64,000 nt of DNA, taken from positions 4,154,001-4,218,000 of the forward strand of contig NC_087437.1 in assembly GCF_036321535.1 (NCBI RefSeq), written 5' to 3'. The DNA is from Camelus dromedarius (taxonomy: Eukaryota). The notes under the pieces were generated by a model. It saw only the letters and a list, made by a program, of their open reading frames with translations. It ran no database searches and was not told the DNA's origin. Positions 27,068 to 40,832 of the stretch are shown piece after piece; positions within the stretch are counted from its first letter, which is position 1; each line of letters starts with the position of its first letter. The position numbers and the translations under genes are program-made.

Positions 27068-27831
27068 CTGCAAAGTAGAAATATGCATTACTCTTAATGT
27101 CACAGGATTTGTTAAAAAATGTTCCCTCTTGAGCCTCCTCCTTTTTTATGCCACATAAGAAATAAAACATGCACAGTTTTGCCATTTTCAATAGCCATAA
27201 TAAAAGAGTGATGTGATTCCAGATAGAAATGAACAACATACAAGAGGTGTAGACACATCTGTTCCTAGGAAAACCCAGGTACACCGGTGATCTGAAACCT
27301 GATACTTAGCACATTTAGTGGCTGGTACCATTGATGCAGCTAGAAGGACTATCTGGAATCCCTCTGATCTTTTTTTCATCATTAATATCTAGAACCACCT
27401 TCCTTTTCCCCTCATCCCTCTGCCCCACCCCTCCCCGATCACCCCCACGTGAGCTTTGGCCTCCAGCATCAGCACCTACTCTTCTTCTTTGGAGGGATGC
27501 CGTCCAGCTACAAGAGTGGCTTTAACCACACACAGCGGGAGTCCCTGGGAGTTCAGAGCCTACCTGGGGCAGCCCTTGACCCAGCAATGACCTATGAGGG
27601 AGTAAGAAAGCCTCAGGTTGGGACGACACTGTAGCATCACTCACACGCCTGAGTGCCTGGCAAGAGCAAGCTGAAGCTGCCCTCTGTGGTCCTTTGCCTG
27701 AGATGACGCCCCTGTCTGCATCCACTGCTCCCGTCTCGCTGCCACCATCCCCTCCTGGTTCTACCCTGAGTGAGCGCCATGGCAGTAAGTCACAGACATG
27801 TGAATCCCCAACTCGGGGTTGGCTATGGGGC

Positions 27832-27950
27832 TGGGGAGAGGGTATAGCTCAGTGGTAGAGTGTGTGCCTAGTAAGCACAAGGTCCTGGGTTCAATCCCCA
27901 GTACCTCCATTAAACAAACAAATAAATGAAACCTAACTACCTCCTCCCCA
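27832..27950 (+). mobile_element. tRNA-derived SINE (Vic-1-like)
   Basis: gggtatagctcagtggtagag...ggttcaatccccagtacctcca; A and B boxes intact. Confidence 0.9.
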
Positions 27951-28363
27951 CCCCCACAAAACCTACATACAGGGTTGGCTCTGGGGAACCTGGTTCAAAA
28001 CAGGATCTGAAAGATGATCCTGCTGACTTGTCTTCAGATACTTTTGCTTACATCTCCCACCAAAGGAAAAAAATCATGTGCTCTTTTCTTGTATTCTTTA
28101 AAGTTAAATAATATTTGACTTTTTTAAATGATGAGTTAAAATAGTTAGAAAGGATGTAACTTGTGACACTGTAAAAACAAAACTTCCACATTTCCCATTT
28201 AATTTACCTAATGGAATCTAAATATCACCGTGATTTGATAACCACCATTATTCACGTAAACATACCATATGATTTCCCTTGTTACATGGAATCGAAAAAA
28301 TAAAATAAATGAACAAACATAACCAAACAGACTCATAGATCCACAGAATAAACTAGTGGGTCC

Positions 28364-28397
28364 TGGTGGTGGTGGTGGTGGTGGTGGTGGTGGTGAT
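28364..28397. repeat. (GGT)n microsatellite in an L1 3' UTR fragment
   Basis: Direct reading. Confidence 0.9.
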
Positions 28398-28449
28398 GGG
28401 GATAGGTGAAGGGGATTAAGTGGTACAAATGTCCAGTTATAAAGTAAAC

Positions 28450-31400
28450 ACGAGAGGTGCAGCCGAGATGGTGGAGCAGGAAGACCCTGAGCTCACCTCC
28501 CCACCTGCCCCGAGCACACCAATATGACAGCTACTTACAGAGAACGATCCATGATGATGACCTGAAGACCAGCAGAGAAGAGTTTCACAACTAAATAAAA
28601 AGATATAAAGAAGGAACTACAAAGAGACGGGTAGGAGGGCTGAAGATGTGGTATATTCAAGACCCACAGCCCTGGGTAGGTGACCCACAAATTGGAGAAA
28701 AATCACAATCACAGAGGCTCTCCCCAGGGAATGAAGGGCTGAATCCCAGACTGGCCTTCCCAGTTCAGGAGGGGTCCTACACTGGGAAGACAAGCGCCCA
28801 GAACAGCTGGCTTGGGAAGCCAGCGGGGCGTGTGTACAGGACAGCCGGAGGGTGACAGGAAACAGACTCTGTCCTTAAAGGTGATGTGCAAAACTCACAT
28901 ACTCGGAGACCCCGCACAGACACAGAGATTTGAAAGGAGCGTGGGTCCGACCCACTTGCTGATCTTGGAGAGCCTCCTGGAGAGACAGGAGGCAATGGGG
29001 ACACCCCCTGGGGTCACAGACACTGCAGTAGCCATTTCTGGGAGCTCCTTCAACCCTGAGGACACTGCTGGCAAAGCACGCTTCGGAGGCCTCCCTCTGG
29101 CCTGTGAGTGCCAGGGGATTACCCACCTACCAACGGGCCTGCACCAGCCCCGGGACCAACCCCTCCCCGGGCCCTGCAGCCAGCCGCACCAGGACCCAGC
29201 CCCGCCCAGCAGACACACAAAGCGGGCCCTGGCAGCCAGCCGGCTGGTGGCCACCCCCGCCTACCAGTACACCCACAGCATTCAGCCCCAATACAGCAGA
29301 AGGGACCATGTAGCCCACACAGGGGGCACCCCTAAAGCAACAGCTCTGGTGACCAGAGGGGAGTGTGCTGCTGGGCCACATAGGACGTCTCCTACATGAG
29401 GCCACTTCTCCAAGACCAGCAAATACAACGCCCGACTAACGCATAGAAATAAACAAAGAGAATCAGGTAAGATGAGGAGGCAGAGGATTATGTTCTTAAT
29501 GAAGAAAGACAAAAACCTCAGGGAAAAAAAACTAAATGGAGATAAACAATCTACCTGATCAAGAGTTCAAGGTAATGATCATAAAGATGCTCAATAAACT
29601 TGAGAGAAGAGTGGATGAACACAGTGAGAATTTTAACAGACTTAGAAAATATAAAGAAGACCATAACTGAAGAATATAATGAGTGAAATAGAAATATACT
29701 AGAAGGAATCAGCAGTAGATTCGATGATATAGAGGAACAGATCAGAGAACTGGAAAACAGAGTAGTGGAATCACCCAGCTGAAAAGGAAAAGAATTTTAA
29801 AAAGTGAGAATAGTTTAAGAGACCTCTGGGACAACATCCAGCATATTAACATTTGAATTATACCAGTTCCAAGGAGAGGAGAAAGATGGAAAGGGGCAGA
29901 GAACTTATCTGAAGTTCCCTAACCTGGGAAAGGAAACAGATATCCAGGTCCAGGAAGCACAGAGAGTCCCAATCAAAATGAACCCAAAGAGGTCCACTCC
30001 AAGACAAATCATAATTAAAATGGCAAAAATTAAAGATAAAGAGAGAATCTTAAAAGAGGCAAGAAAAAAGCAACTAGTTACACACAAGGGAAACTGCATA
30101 ATGCAATCAACAGACTGCACCAGAGATTCTGTAGGCCACAATACTCCAAGTGATGGAAGGAAGAAACCTACAACCAAGAACACACTGCCCAGCAAAACTG
30201 CCATTCAGATTTGAAGGAGGGATAAAAGAGTTTTGCAGAGACACTAAAGCTAAAAGTGTTTGGTATCACTAAACAAACTTTATAAGAAATGATAAAGGGA
30301 CTTTTCCAAATGGAAAAAAAAAAAAAAGAAAGACCATACCCAGAAATAGGAAAGCTACAAAAGGAAAAATCTCAATGATAAAGGCAAACATACAGTAAAC
30401 ATAGTAGATCAATCACTTAGAAAGCTAGTAGGCAGGTTAAGATACAAAAATAGAAATAGTGTGTATATCAACAATAAGTAGTTGAGGAATGCACAGAACA
30501 AAAGATGCAAAGATGTCGAAACCTTAAATGTGTCAGAGGGAGTAAAATTGAAGGGTTTTTACCGACAAATGCTTGATCTCCAGAACATATAAGCAGCTCA
30601 TACGACTTAATAAGAAACAACCAAACAACCCAATCCAAAAATGAGCAAAAGACATAAACAAGCAATTCTCCAAGGAAGACATACAAATGATCAATAGGCA
30701 CATGAAAAAATGCTCCATATAACTAATTATCAGAGAAATGAAAATCAAAACTACAACGAGGTATCACCTCACACCAGTCAGAATGGCCATCATTCAAAAA
30801 TCCACAAATGACAAATGCTGGAGAGGCTGTGGAGAAAGGGGAACCCTCCTACACTGCTGGTGGGAATGCAGTTTGGTGCAGCCACTGTGGAAAACACTAT
30901 GGAGACTCCTCAAAAGACTAGGAAGAGACTTAGCGTATGACCCAGGAATCCCACTCCTGGGCATATATCCAGAAGGAACCCTACTTCAAAAAGACACCTG
31001 CACACCAGTGTTCATAGCAGCACTATTTACAATAGCCAAGACATGGAAACAGCCTAAATGTCCATCAGCGGATGACTGGATAAAGAAGAAGTCGTATATT
31101 TATACAATGGAATACTACTCAGCCATAAAAACCGACAACATAATGCCATTTGCAGCAACATGGATGCTCCTGGAGAATGTCATTCTAAGTGAAGTAAGCC
31201 AGAAAGAGAAAGAAAAGTACCACATGAGATCACTCATATGTGGAATCTAAAAAACAAAAACAACAAAAACAAAGCATAAATACAAAACAGAAATAGACTC
31301 ATAGATATAGAATACAAACTTGTGGTTGCCAAGAGGACGGAGGATGGGAAGGGATAGACAGGATTGCAAAATTGTAGAATAGATAAACAAGATTATACTG

Positions 31401-32430
31401 TATAGCACAGAGAAATATACACGAGATCTTATGGCAGCCCACAGAGAAAAAAATGTGACGATGAATATATATATGTTCATGTATGACTGAAAAATTGTGC
31501 TCTACACTGGAATTTGATACAACATTGTAAAACAATTATAAATCAATAAAAAATTTTTTTTAAAAAATGAAGGGTTTTTAAAATGTGTTCCAACTTAAGA
31601 GATCATCGACTTCATCAACCATAAGAAAAACTGCAAAAAAAACCCCACAAAACCAAAAAACACATGAGGTCTTAACAACGTGTTGCTAAACAGCCAATGG
31701 ATCCCTAAAGAAATCAAAGAGGAAAATTTAAAAAATATCTGGAGACAAATGAAAATGGAAACACAACCCAAATCACAACCACAAAGAGATACCACTTCAC
31801 ATCTGTCAGAATAGCCATCATCAAAAAGTTACCAAATAAGTTTCGGTGAGGATGTGGAGAAAAGGGAAACCTCGGGCCGTGCACTTCCAGTGAGATTGTA
31901 AATGGTTGTAGCCACTATGGAAAACAATATGGATGTACCTCAACAATTAAAGACAGAATTCCTATATGATCCAGCAATTTCACTTCTTGCTAGTTACTCT
32001 AAGAACACAAAATACTAATTTGAAAAATCTATACACTCCATTGTTCAATGCAGCATTATTTACAATAGCCTAGATATGGAAGGAACCCATGTGTCTACTG
32101 ATAGATCAATGGATAAAGAAGATGTGGTGCATACAGAGATATAATGGAATATAACTCAGCCATAAAAATGAAATCTCACTATTTGTGATAACATAGATGG
32201 ATCTAGAGGGTATTGCTAAGTTAAACTAGTTAGACAGAGAAAGATGCCACATGATTTCATATGTGGAGTCTAAAAATAAAAATAAACAAACAAAACAAAG
32301 TGAAAACAAAGATACAGAGAACAGATCGTGGCAGCATTGGGATGAGAGGGTGGTTCCTAGGTGACACAGATGAAGGGAATTAAGAGGTACAAATGTCCAG
32401 TTATATAATAAATAAGCACATTGGACATGT
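28450..32430 (+). mobile_element. L1 with 5' UTR and ORF1 remnant, most of ORF2 deleted; antisense in the last COL6A5 intron
   Basis: Starts gccgagatggtggagcaggaagaccctgagctcacctcc; GC-rich UTR to about 29470; ORF1 peptide [26 protein letters not shown]. Confidence 0.88.
30562..31563 (+). mobile_element. Younger 5'-truncated L1 nested in the older L1
   Basis: Open 170-aa ORF2 C-terminus (30738..31250). TSD aaaWtgaagggttttta at about 30545-30561 and 31564-31580. Confidence 0.92.
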
Positions 32431-33600
32431 GCACTATGACTATATTCTTTGATGAAACTGTATTTCTTACAATCTGCTTTATATATTTTGAAGCTGCCAC
32501 TTACTTCACTCATGTTATGGGACATATCCCCACATAGCCTAATTGGCAGAATAAGTTCTTACTAGAAAACCAATTTCTGCCTTAGAAAGAATCTGAATTC
32601 ATCTTCTAATTGAAATAAGTATGTTACTAAGGGTCTCTGTCATGACGTCCTGTGACTTTATTCCAAGACAGGTAAATGACTAAGGACGTCACTATGATTT
32701 TTTTTTTTTGATCTGATGATGCAATACTTGCTCTCCATCAGTATTTCTTTTATATCCTCTTTGCTTTGCTCCTGCAGAATTGTCACTCAGGAGAGATGCA
32801 TCCTTTGCTAAGAGCTGGGAGATAGAACAGGCCAGATTGCTAAATGAAATTTGTCATAACTCCTCTCATGTTCACTCTTTACCATACCTGAGTTGGTATG
32901 AGTTCAAATACCCAAGTTCGAGCAACACACATTTCTGTGCCATAAACCTGTACAGGATGGGAAAGACCTGAAGTCCCGTTTGGCTTAGAGGAGGCCTATG
33001 GATCTAACATTTAAAATGACGCTCTGTTTGACAACATGCCCCTCACTTCCCATCCTGTGCCTCCTCAACAGGGTTTTACATCTGGGTGAAGCACCATGAG
33101 AAGGCGTGGGATGGCTGAGAAATATGCCACTTTTTGTGTGAACTGGGGGTTGGGGGGCTTTTGTAAAAGGAGACGCAGGAAAGGAGAGCTCCAGGATCAC
33201 TCAGACACAGGCATCCTCAGGCAGAGTCCTCGCATTTGAAATCCATGTATTTGAAAGTCTCCACATGTCCCTCACATCTCCCAGCATAAAAAACAGTGGC
33301 TTTGCCCAAGCGATTCCTTATTCACATAAGAAGGTTGAGGACGAGGGCCATGAGGTGACTTTTCATGACCACGAAGCTAGTTAGTGACAGAACCTAAACT
33401 AGTATCTGGGTCTCCTCATTCCCAGTTTGTCCCTCTTTCCGCCATGGCCATCCACATCATCGTCATTACCATCACCACCTCCAACAGCTCACGTTTATTA
33501 TGCTTTCACTCTGTGCAAATTGCTGTTCACATTCGTTTACTGCTCACATTAGCCTACAGACAGGGAAATGGAAGCTCAGAGTGGTAAAATGATGTGCCCA

Positions 33601-34629
33601 ACAGAAGATCTAACAAGCAATTCTCCAATGAAGACATACGAATGACCAATAGGCACATGAAAAAAATGCTCAATATCACTAATTATCAGAGAAATGCAAA
33701 TCAAAACTACAATGAAGTATCACCTCACACCAGTCAGAATGGCCATCATTCAAAAGTTCACAAATGATAAATTCTGGAGAGGGTGTGGAGAAGAGGGAAC
33801 CCTCCTTCACTGCTGCTGGGAATGCAGTTTGGTGCAGCTGTTATGGAAAACAGTGTGGAGATTCCTCAAAAGACTAAAAATAGACTTATCATATGACTCA
33901 GCAATCCCACTCCTGGGCATATATCCAGAAGGAACCCTACTTCAAAAAGAAACCTGCACTCCAATGTTCATAGCAGCACTATTTACAACAGACAAGACAC
34001 AGAAACAACCTAAATTTCCACTGACAGATGACTGGATAAAGAAGAAGTGGTATATTTATACAATGGAATACTACTCAGCCATAAAAATGACAACATAATG
34101 CCATTTGCAGCAACATGGATGCTCCTGGAGAATGTCATTTTAAGTGAAGTAAGCCAGAAAGAGAAAGAAAAATACCATAAGTGGAATCTAAAAAAAAAGA
34201 AGGAGAAGGAGAAGGAGAAAACGATGACGATGACGACGACGACGACGATGATGACATCGTATGAACTTAAATATAGAACAGAAACAGACTCACAGACTCA
34301 TAGATGTAGAATACAAACTTGTGGTTGCCAGGGGGGAGGTGGGTGGGAAGGGACAGACTGGGAGTTTGAGATTTGTAGATACTGAAAGGTATATATAGAA
34401 TAGATAAACAAGTTTATACTGTATAGCACAGGGAAATAAATTCAAGATCTTGTAGTAGCTCACAGTGAAAAAGAATATGAAAATGAATATATGTGTATTC
34501 ATGTATGACTGAAAAATTGTGCTGTACACCAGAAATTGACACAACATTGCCAATTTTTTGACTATAAACACTGTTATTTTGACATATTGTCATTTTATTG
34601 ACTATAACTTGATAAAAAAAACGTTAAAA
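33601..34629 (+). mobile_element. 5'-truncated L1 inserted in a MIR, 15-bp TSD
   Basis: TSD aaaatgatgtgccca at 33586-33600 and 34630-34644; ORF2 C-terminal peptide. Confidence 0.92.
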
Positions 34630-36429
34630 AAAATGATGTGCCCAGATAAAATAACCAGTAATTGCAGAAATATGACTCAAATCCATGTCTGACCCTTAGA
34701 TTCACTCTTTTAACTGCTGTTTCCCAAAGTGGTTTCTCTAAAACATTAGCCCAATAAGATGCTCCCTGATATAAGATGCTATGGTCAAATTGGTCTATTA
34801 GCCTTTGTCTCAGAATCACAATGAACATTAGCCCATTAAAGTCACTGACAAGTCCTGTAAAAATGACACCTACTCATTAGTGTTCCACAGAAAAATATTT
34901 TTTCCCAAATATTTATTAACATCTTGTGACAAGATCCCCTTTAAGAAGACGAATTTAGACTCAGTATGTATAACACTAGGTTAGTGTTATACTGCAAGCT
35001 CTAGCCCACGTCAGAATCATCTGGAGGCCCCCACCCAAGTTTCTGAGTCAGCAGCTCTGTGGTGGAATCTAAGAACCTGCATTTCTAATGCATCCCTAGA
35101 TGATGCTGATGTTACTGGTCCAGGAACCACACTTCGAGGAACGCTGAACTTGATGCTGGAAAAATAAAGACTAAGAAAAAAGTGCTGGGTTGGCATAATG
35201 GAAAAAGGAATAGCATTACACTTTTTTAAAATGTACATTAAAATCTTGCAAATGTACATTATAACAAGCAAACAGAAAATGTGTATATTAAGTGCAGGGA
35301 TAAAGTGAGAATATCAGAAGAAAAGGCAGGTGAAGAGAAAAGCCCACTCTCTTTGGGAAAATAAAAGAGAAGAAAAGCAATATAAAGGCTGATCAGTCTT
35401 CATAATGGATTTTTATTTTTAATAGTCAAACACATTACCAGATCTAGGTAAATCGTATAGGGATAGACTAGTTGATTATGTATCAGGCACACTCTGTTTC
35501 TGAGCATCATGGGTATCGTCTCCAACCTTCCAACCACCGAGAGATAAGCTTTATTATCTTCCTTTTGGGGACAAGATTTATACAGAGTATAAATCATTGT
35601 GATGAGACAGTACTGGGCTGGGTGCTGTGAATGTTCTTTGGTGAAACACTTCAGATGTCTCTGGCTTTCCTTTCCTTATCTTTAGAAAGATACAGAATAA
35701 CTCGGTGATTTCTAAAGCCACCCCAATTTTCAAATTCTAACCTCCCATAATTCTAAGAAGTCAAACTGACATATTCTGAAGATTCTCAGACTGACTTCAA
35801 GGAGCAGGGCTGTCTAAGTCACCAAATCAAGCTGTTGACTAGAGCTCTCCAAGGGAAATGATTAAAGGCATCATCTACTTCTGTAAGTATGATACAGAAT
35901 TAAATAGGAAAATGGAGAAAACTTCCCAAGGAAAGAAATTATGAAAAGTGACAGTAAACAAGAAAGGTATTGGTAATGCTCACTTGACAATAATCCTTTT
36001 ATTTCTGCTAACCTTATCACTTTCAGCCATTAACTGCCTTGAAGTATCTAGCAAGACTGGTTCGATCAGGATTGATGGCAGTGTTTCCCGAACTTGTGTG
36101 CACACTGGAACCACCTATGGAGCTTCCCTAAAATATGGATGCCTGTGTCTAAACCCCAGAGAATGTAATTAAACTGATGCGGGGTGTGTGCTGGACTATG
36201 GAATTGTCAGTAAATAGCCAGCTGATAATAATGCATAGACATGCTTGCCAAATGCAGATTTATAGGGCTCTTTCCTGTGATTACATTGATAATGATACCC
36301 TCTGCTATTGACCAAATTGTGTTCCCCACAAGCTCATTTGTTGAAGCCCCTACCCCCATGTGACTATACTGAAGACAGGGCCTTTAAGGATGTGATTAAA
36401 GTTAAATGAGATCATAAGAGTGGAGGCCT

Positions 36430-37534
36430 CCAAAGCAATACAGAAGGGAAAGAATGAAGCTGGAGGAGTAACCCTCCCAGACTTCAGACAACACTACAGA
36501 GCTACAGTAATCAAAACAGTGTGGTACTGGCACAAAAACAGACATATGGATCAATGGAACAGAATAGAGAGCCCAGAAATAAACCCACAGACCTATGGTC
36601 AATAAATCTGTGACAAAGGAGGCAAGAATATACAATGGAGAAAAGATAGTCTTTTCAGCAAGTGGTACTGGGAAAGCTGGACAACTACATGTAAATCAAT
36701 GAAGTTAGAACACTCCCTCACACCATCCACAAAAATAAACTCAAAATGGCTTAAAGACTTAAATATAAGACAAGACACTATAAACCTCTTAGAAGAAAAC
36801 ACAGGCAAAACGTTTTTGTAACATAAATATTAGCAATGTTCTCCTAAGGCAGTCTACCCAGGCAATAGAAATAAAAGCAAAAATTAACAAATGGAACCTA
36901 ATTAAACTTATGAGCTTTTGCACAGCAAAGGAAGCCACAAGCAAAACAAAACGACAACCTACGCAACAGGAGAAAATATTTGCAAATGATACAACTGACA
37001 AGGGCTTAATTTCCAGAATATATAGACAGCTCATACACCTTAATAACAAAAAAACAAACAACCTAATCCAAAAATGGGCAGAAGACCTAAACATTTCTCC
37101 AGTGAAGACATATAAATGGCCAATAGGCACATGAAAAAATGCTCAATATCACTAATTATCAGAGAAATGCAAATCAAAACTACAATGAGGTATCACATTG
37201 CACTAGTCAGAATAGCCATCATTAAAATGTCCACAAATGATAAATGCTGAAGAGAGTGTGGAGAAAAGGGAAACCACCTACACTGTTGGTGGGAATCTGG
37301 TTTGGTGTAGCTATTAAGGAAAATAGTATTGAGATTCCTTAAAAAACTGAAAACAGACTTACTCTATGACCCAACAATCCCACTCCTGGGCACGTATCTG
37401 AAGGAAACGCTAATTTGAAAAGATACATGTACCCCAGTATTCATAGCAGCACTATTTACAATAGCCAAGACATGGGAACAACCTAAATGTCCATCGACAG
37501 ATGCCTGGATAAAGAAGTTTGGTGTATATATGTG

Positions 37535-37588
<54 letters not shown>

Positions 37589-38234
37589 AGTACTACTCAG
37601 CCATAAAAAAGAATAAAACAATGCCATTTGCAGCAACATGGATGCTCCTGGAGAATGTCATTCTAAGTGAAGTAAGTCAGAAAGAGAAAGAAAAATACCA
37701 TATGAGATCGCTCATATGTGGAATCTAAAAACAAATGAACAAACAAACAAAGCATAAATACAGAACAGAAATAGACTCATAGACATAGCATATAGACTTG
37801 TGGTTGCCAGGGGGGTGGGGGGTGGGAAGAGATAGAATGGGATTTCAAAATTGTAGAATAGATAAACAAGATTATACTGCATAGCATAGGGAAATATATA
37901 CAAGATCTTATGGTAGCTCACAGAGAAAGGAATGTGACAATGAATATACATATGTTCATGTATAATTGAAAAATTGTGCTCTACACTGGAATATGACACA
38001 ACATTGTAAAATGATTATAAATCAATAAAAAAAGTTAAAAAATAAATAAACTACTATATATATAATAGATAAATAACAAAGTCCTACTGTATAGCACAGG
38101 GAACTATATTCAATATCTTATAGTAACCTATAATGAAAAAGAATATGAAAACAAATATATGTATGAGTAGAACATTATGCTGTACACCAGAAATTGACAG
38201 AACACTGTAAACTGACTATACTTCAATGAAAAAA
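36430..38234 (+). mobile_element. Chimeric 5'-truncated L1 with two stacked 3' ends
   Basis: ORF2 peptides ([20 protein letters not shown]); TSD aagaRtggaggcct on both sides. Confidence 0.9.
37538..37586. repeat. (CA)n microsatellite, about 24 units
   Basis: Direct reading. Confidence 0.95.
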
Positions 38235-38924
38235 AAGAATGGAGGCCTGGTCTAACAGCCATGGTGCCATTCTAAGAAGAGGAGGAGACACCAGGACTGT
38301 CCACCATGTGAGGACCCAGAAAGGAAGCAGTCATCTGCAAGCCAGGAAGAGAGCTCTCACCAGTAACCAAATTGGGTGGTGCCCTGATCTTGGATTTCTC
38401 AGCCTCCAGAGCTGTGAGAAAATAAATTACTGTTGTTTAAACAGCCATTGGCATATGTTATGGCATCCTGAGCTGTTTCACCCATCTTCTCTGTCTCTGA
38501 TCCACCCCAATTCCTGCCCCCAGTGTTAGGAAAGCACACTGAGGCCAGAGGAGCCAGACCAGGATCAGGTTCAAATTAGGCACTAAACGTCTTTGAGCTT
38601 CAGTTTTTCCATCTTCATAGGAAGGATATTAATTCCTGTCTCCCACATTTGGAGGGACTCCAATGAGCTCATGTTTGTGAAACTGCCTTGTAAACGTAAG
38701 GCTCCGTAGATGAATGAGCTGCATCTGGTGCCTGCCCCCTTCTCTTCCTCAACCAGCCTCCCCTTCCAGCCTCTTCTCGATCTCTCATTTCTGTCCCTTC
38801 CTCCAAGTCACCTATCCAGTATGTTTTCTCACCATCCAGTCGCCAGTCATTTGACTTCACTCCAATTTCCTCACTGTCCCAGCATAGTTCTCCTTTAGAA
38901 TAGATACGCTGGCAACAAATGCAC

Positions 38925-40320
38925 ATTTCCTCTATCTTGAAATGTCTTCATTTTGTCTTCATTCTGGAGGGCTATTTTTGCTGGATATAAAATTCTGTAT
39001 TCACAGTTCTTTTCTTTCAGCACTTTAAAGAAAAAATGTTGTTCTATTGTCATCTGGCCTCCATGGTCTCTGATGAGAAATCTATAGTCATTTCAATAAT
39101 TGTTCCTTTCTTTTTTTTATAAATTATTTTTTCCTTTTTTTGTTTATTTTTTATTTTAATCATTAAAAAAAAGTTTGAGATGGGGAGGTAATTAGGTTTG
39201 TTTATTTATTTTAGTGGAAGTACTAGGGGTTGAATTCAGGACCTCGTGCATGCTAAGCACATGCTGTACCACTGAGCTATATCCTCCCCTCCATTCTTTT
39301 CTTTTGTAACACATGGTTTTTCTCTAGCTGCTTCAAGACTGTTTCTTTACCTTTTGCTTTCAGCAGTTTGATTATGATGTGTCTGAGTGGGGTTTAAAAT
39401 CTGTAAAGTCATGTCTTTTACCAATTTGGGAAATTTTAGGCCATTATTTGCCTAATTTTTTTTTTCCTGAATGAATCTCTTTCTACTTTGCTTCTTGAAT
39501 TCCAATGAAACAAATGCTAGACCTTAACTATTACAATTTACTTTTGTTCCTCAAGTCTCCATGGCTCTGCTCGTTTTTTTTTTTTTTTTTTTTTTACAAT
39601 CTCTTTTCTGTCTTCAGATCATGCAATTAATCTACCTTCAAGTTCACTGGCCCTTCCCTCTCTCCTCTTCTCTCTGCTATTAAGCCCATTCAGTAAATCT
39701 TTTCAAAATTCAGATACTATATTTACTTCTAGAACATCTTTCTGTTTTTTCTTTTTCATCTCCATTTCTCTGCTGAGAATGTCTATCTGCTCAAGTTGTT
39801 TACCTCTGTCCCGTGGAGTACAGGGATAATAGCTGCTTTAATGCCTTTGATAATTGCAACACCTGTCAATTTCAAGTTGGCATCTGTCATCTTTTTCTTT
39901 AAATACTCACACCTCCCTGTTCTCTGTTAACATTGCATAATTTTGGATTATATCCTAAAAAGTTTCAGTATCATGTTAGAGTTTAGACTCTAAGTCTAGT
40001 GTAATTCTCAGTAGGACTCTTAATTTTTTTAAAGCAGGTGATCAATGTGCTAGGCTCAGAGTGTAAGCATCTCGCCTCCTGTGAGCAGTGGTTCTAATCT
40101 CAGTTTAGAGTCCAAAGCCTTCGCTCTCCTGTTTTGGGTCTTTCCCCTCCATGTACAGCTTAGGGGAGAGCCTGGGGCTTATGCAGTTCCTGTAGTTAAA
40201 ATCAGAGAACCCCTTTCTCCAGCTCTTTTCTCTGAGGTTACCCCCACATGCTGGCCAACAGGGCTTCTCTTCTCGAACCCTCCACCCCAAAAGACAGGGC
40301 TTCTCTTTAATTTCAGCTGT
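38925..40320 (-). mobile_element. Old L1 ORF1/5' remnant with a nested SINE (about 39115-39290, minus strand)
   Basis: tttttgctggatataaaattct...tctgatgagaaatct, antisense ORF1 motifs; SINE aggacctcgtgcatgctaagc. Confidence 0.72.
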
Positions 40321-40324
40321 CTGA

Positions 40325-40832
40325 TGGAAGCAACCTAAATGTCCACTGACAGATAACTGGATATATACAAGGAACTACAACTCAGCCATAAAAAGAATGC
40401 AATCATGCCATTTGCAGCAACATGGATGGATCTGGAGATTATCACACTAAGTGAAGTAAGTCAGACAGAGAAAGACAAGTATCATATGATATCAATTATA
40501 TGTGGAATCTAAAAAAATGACACAAATGAACTTATTCACAAAACAGAAAGAGACTCACAGACAGAAAACAAACGTATGGTTACCAAAGGGGAAAGGGAGT
40601 GGGAGGGATAAATTAGGAGTCTGGGATTAGCAGATACAAACTACTAACTATATATAAAGTAGATAAACAACAAGGTCCTACTGCAGAACACAGGGAACTA
40701 CATCCAATACTTTATAATAACCTATAATGAAAAAGAATATATATATGTGTGTGTGTGTATAATTGAATCACTCTGCTGTGCACCAGAAACTAACACAACA
40801 TTGTAAATCAACTACACTTCAATAAAAAATAA
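40325..40832 (+). mobile_element. L1 3' end
   Basis: atggaagcaacctaaatgtcc through caactacacttcaataaaaaa. tttcagctgtct and ttttagctgtct flank it as a probable TSD. Confidence 0.88.

Larger units (their letters stand above)
36303..38470 (+). mobile_element. MLT1 LTR split by an L1 insertion
   Basis: 5' part cctttaaggatgtgattaaagttaaatgag and 3' part cagcctccagagctgtgagaaaataaatt flank the L1. Confidence 0.82.

Noticed and set aside
28646..29512. ORFs up to 195 aa
   Set aside because: They lie within the GC-rich L1 5' UTR and have no recognisable product.
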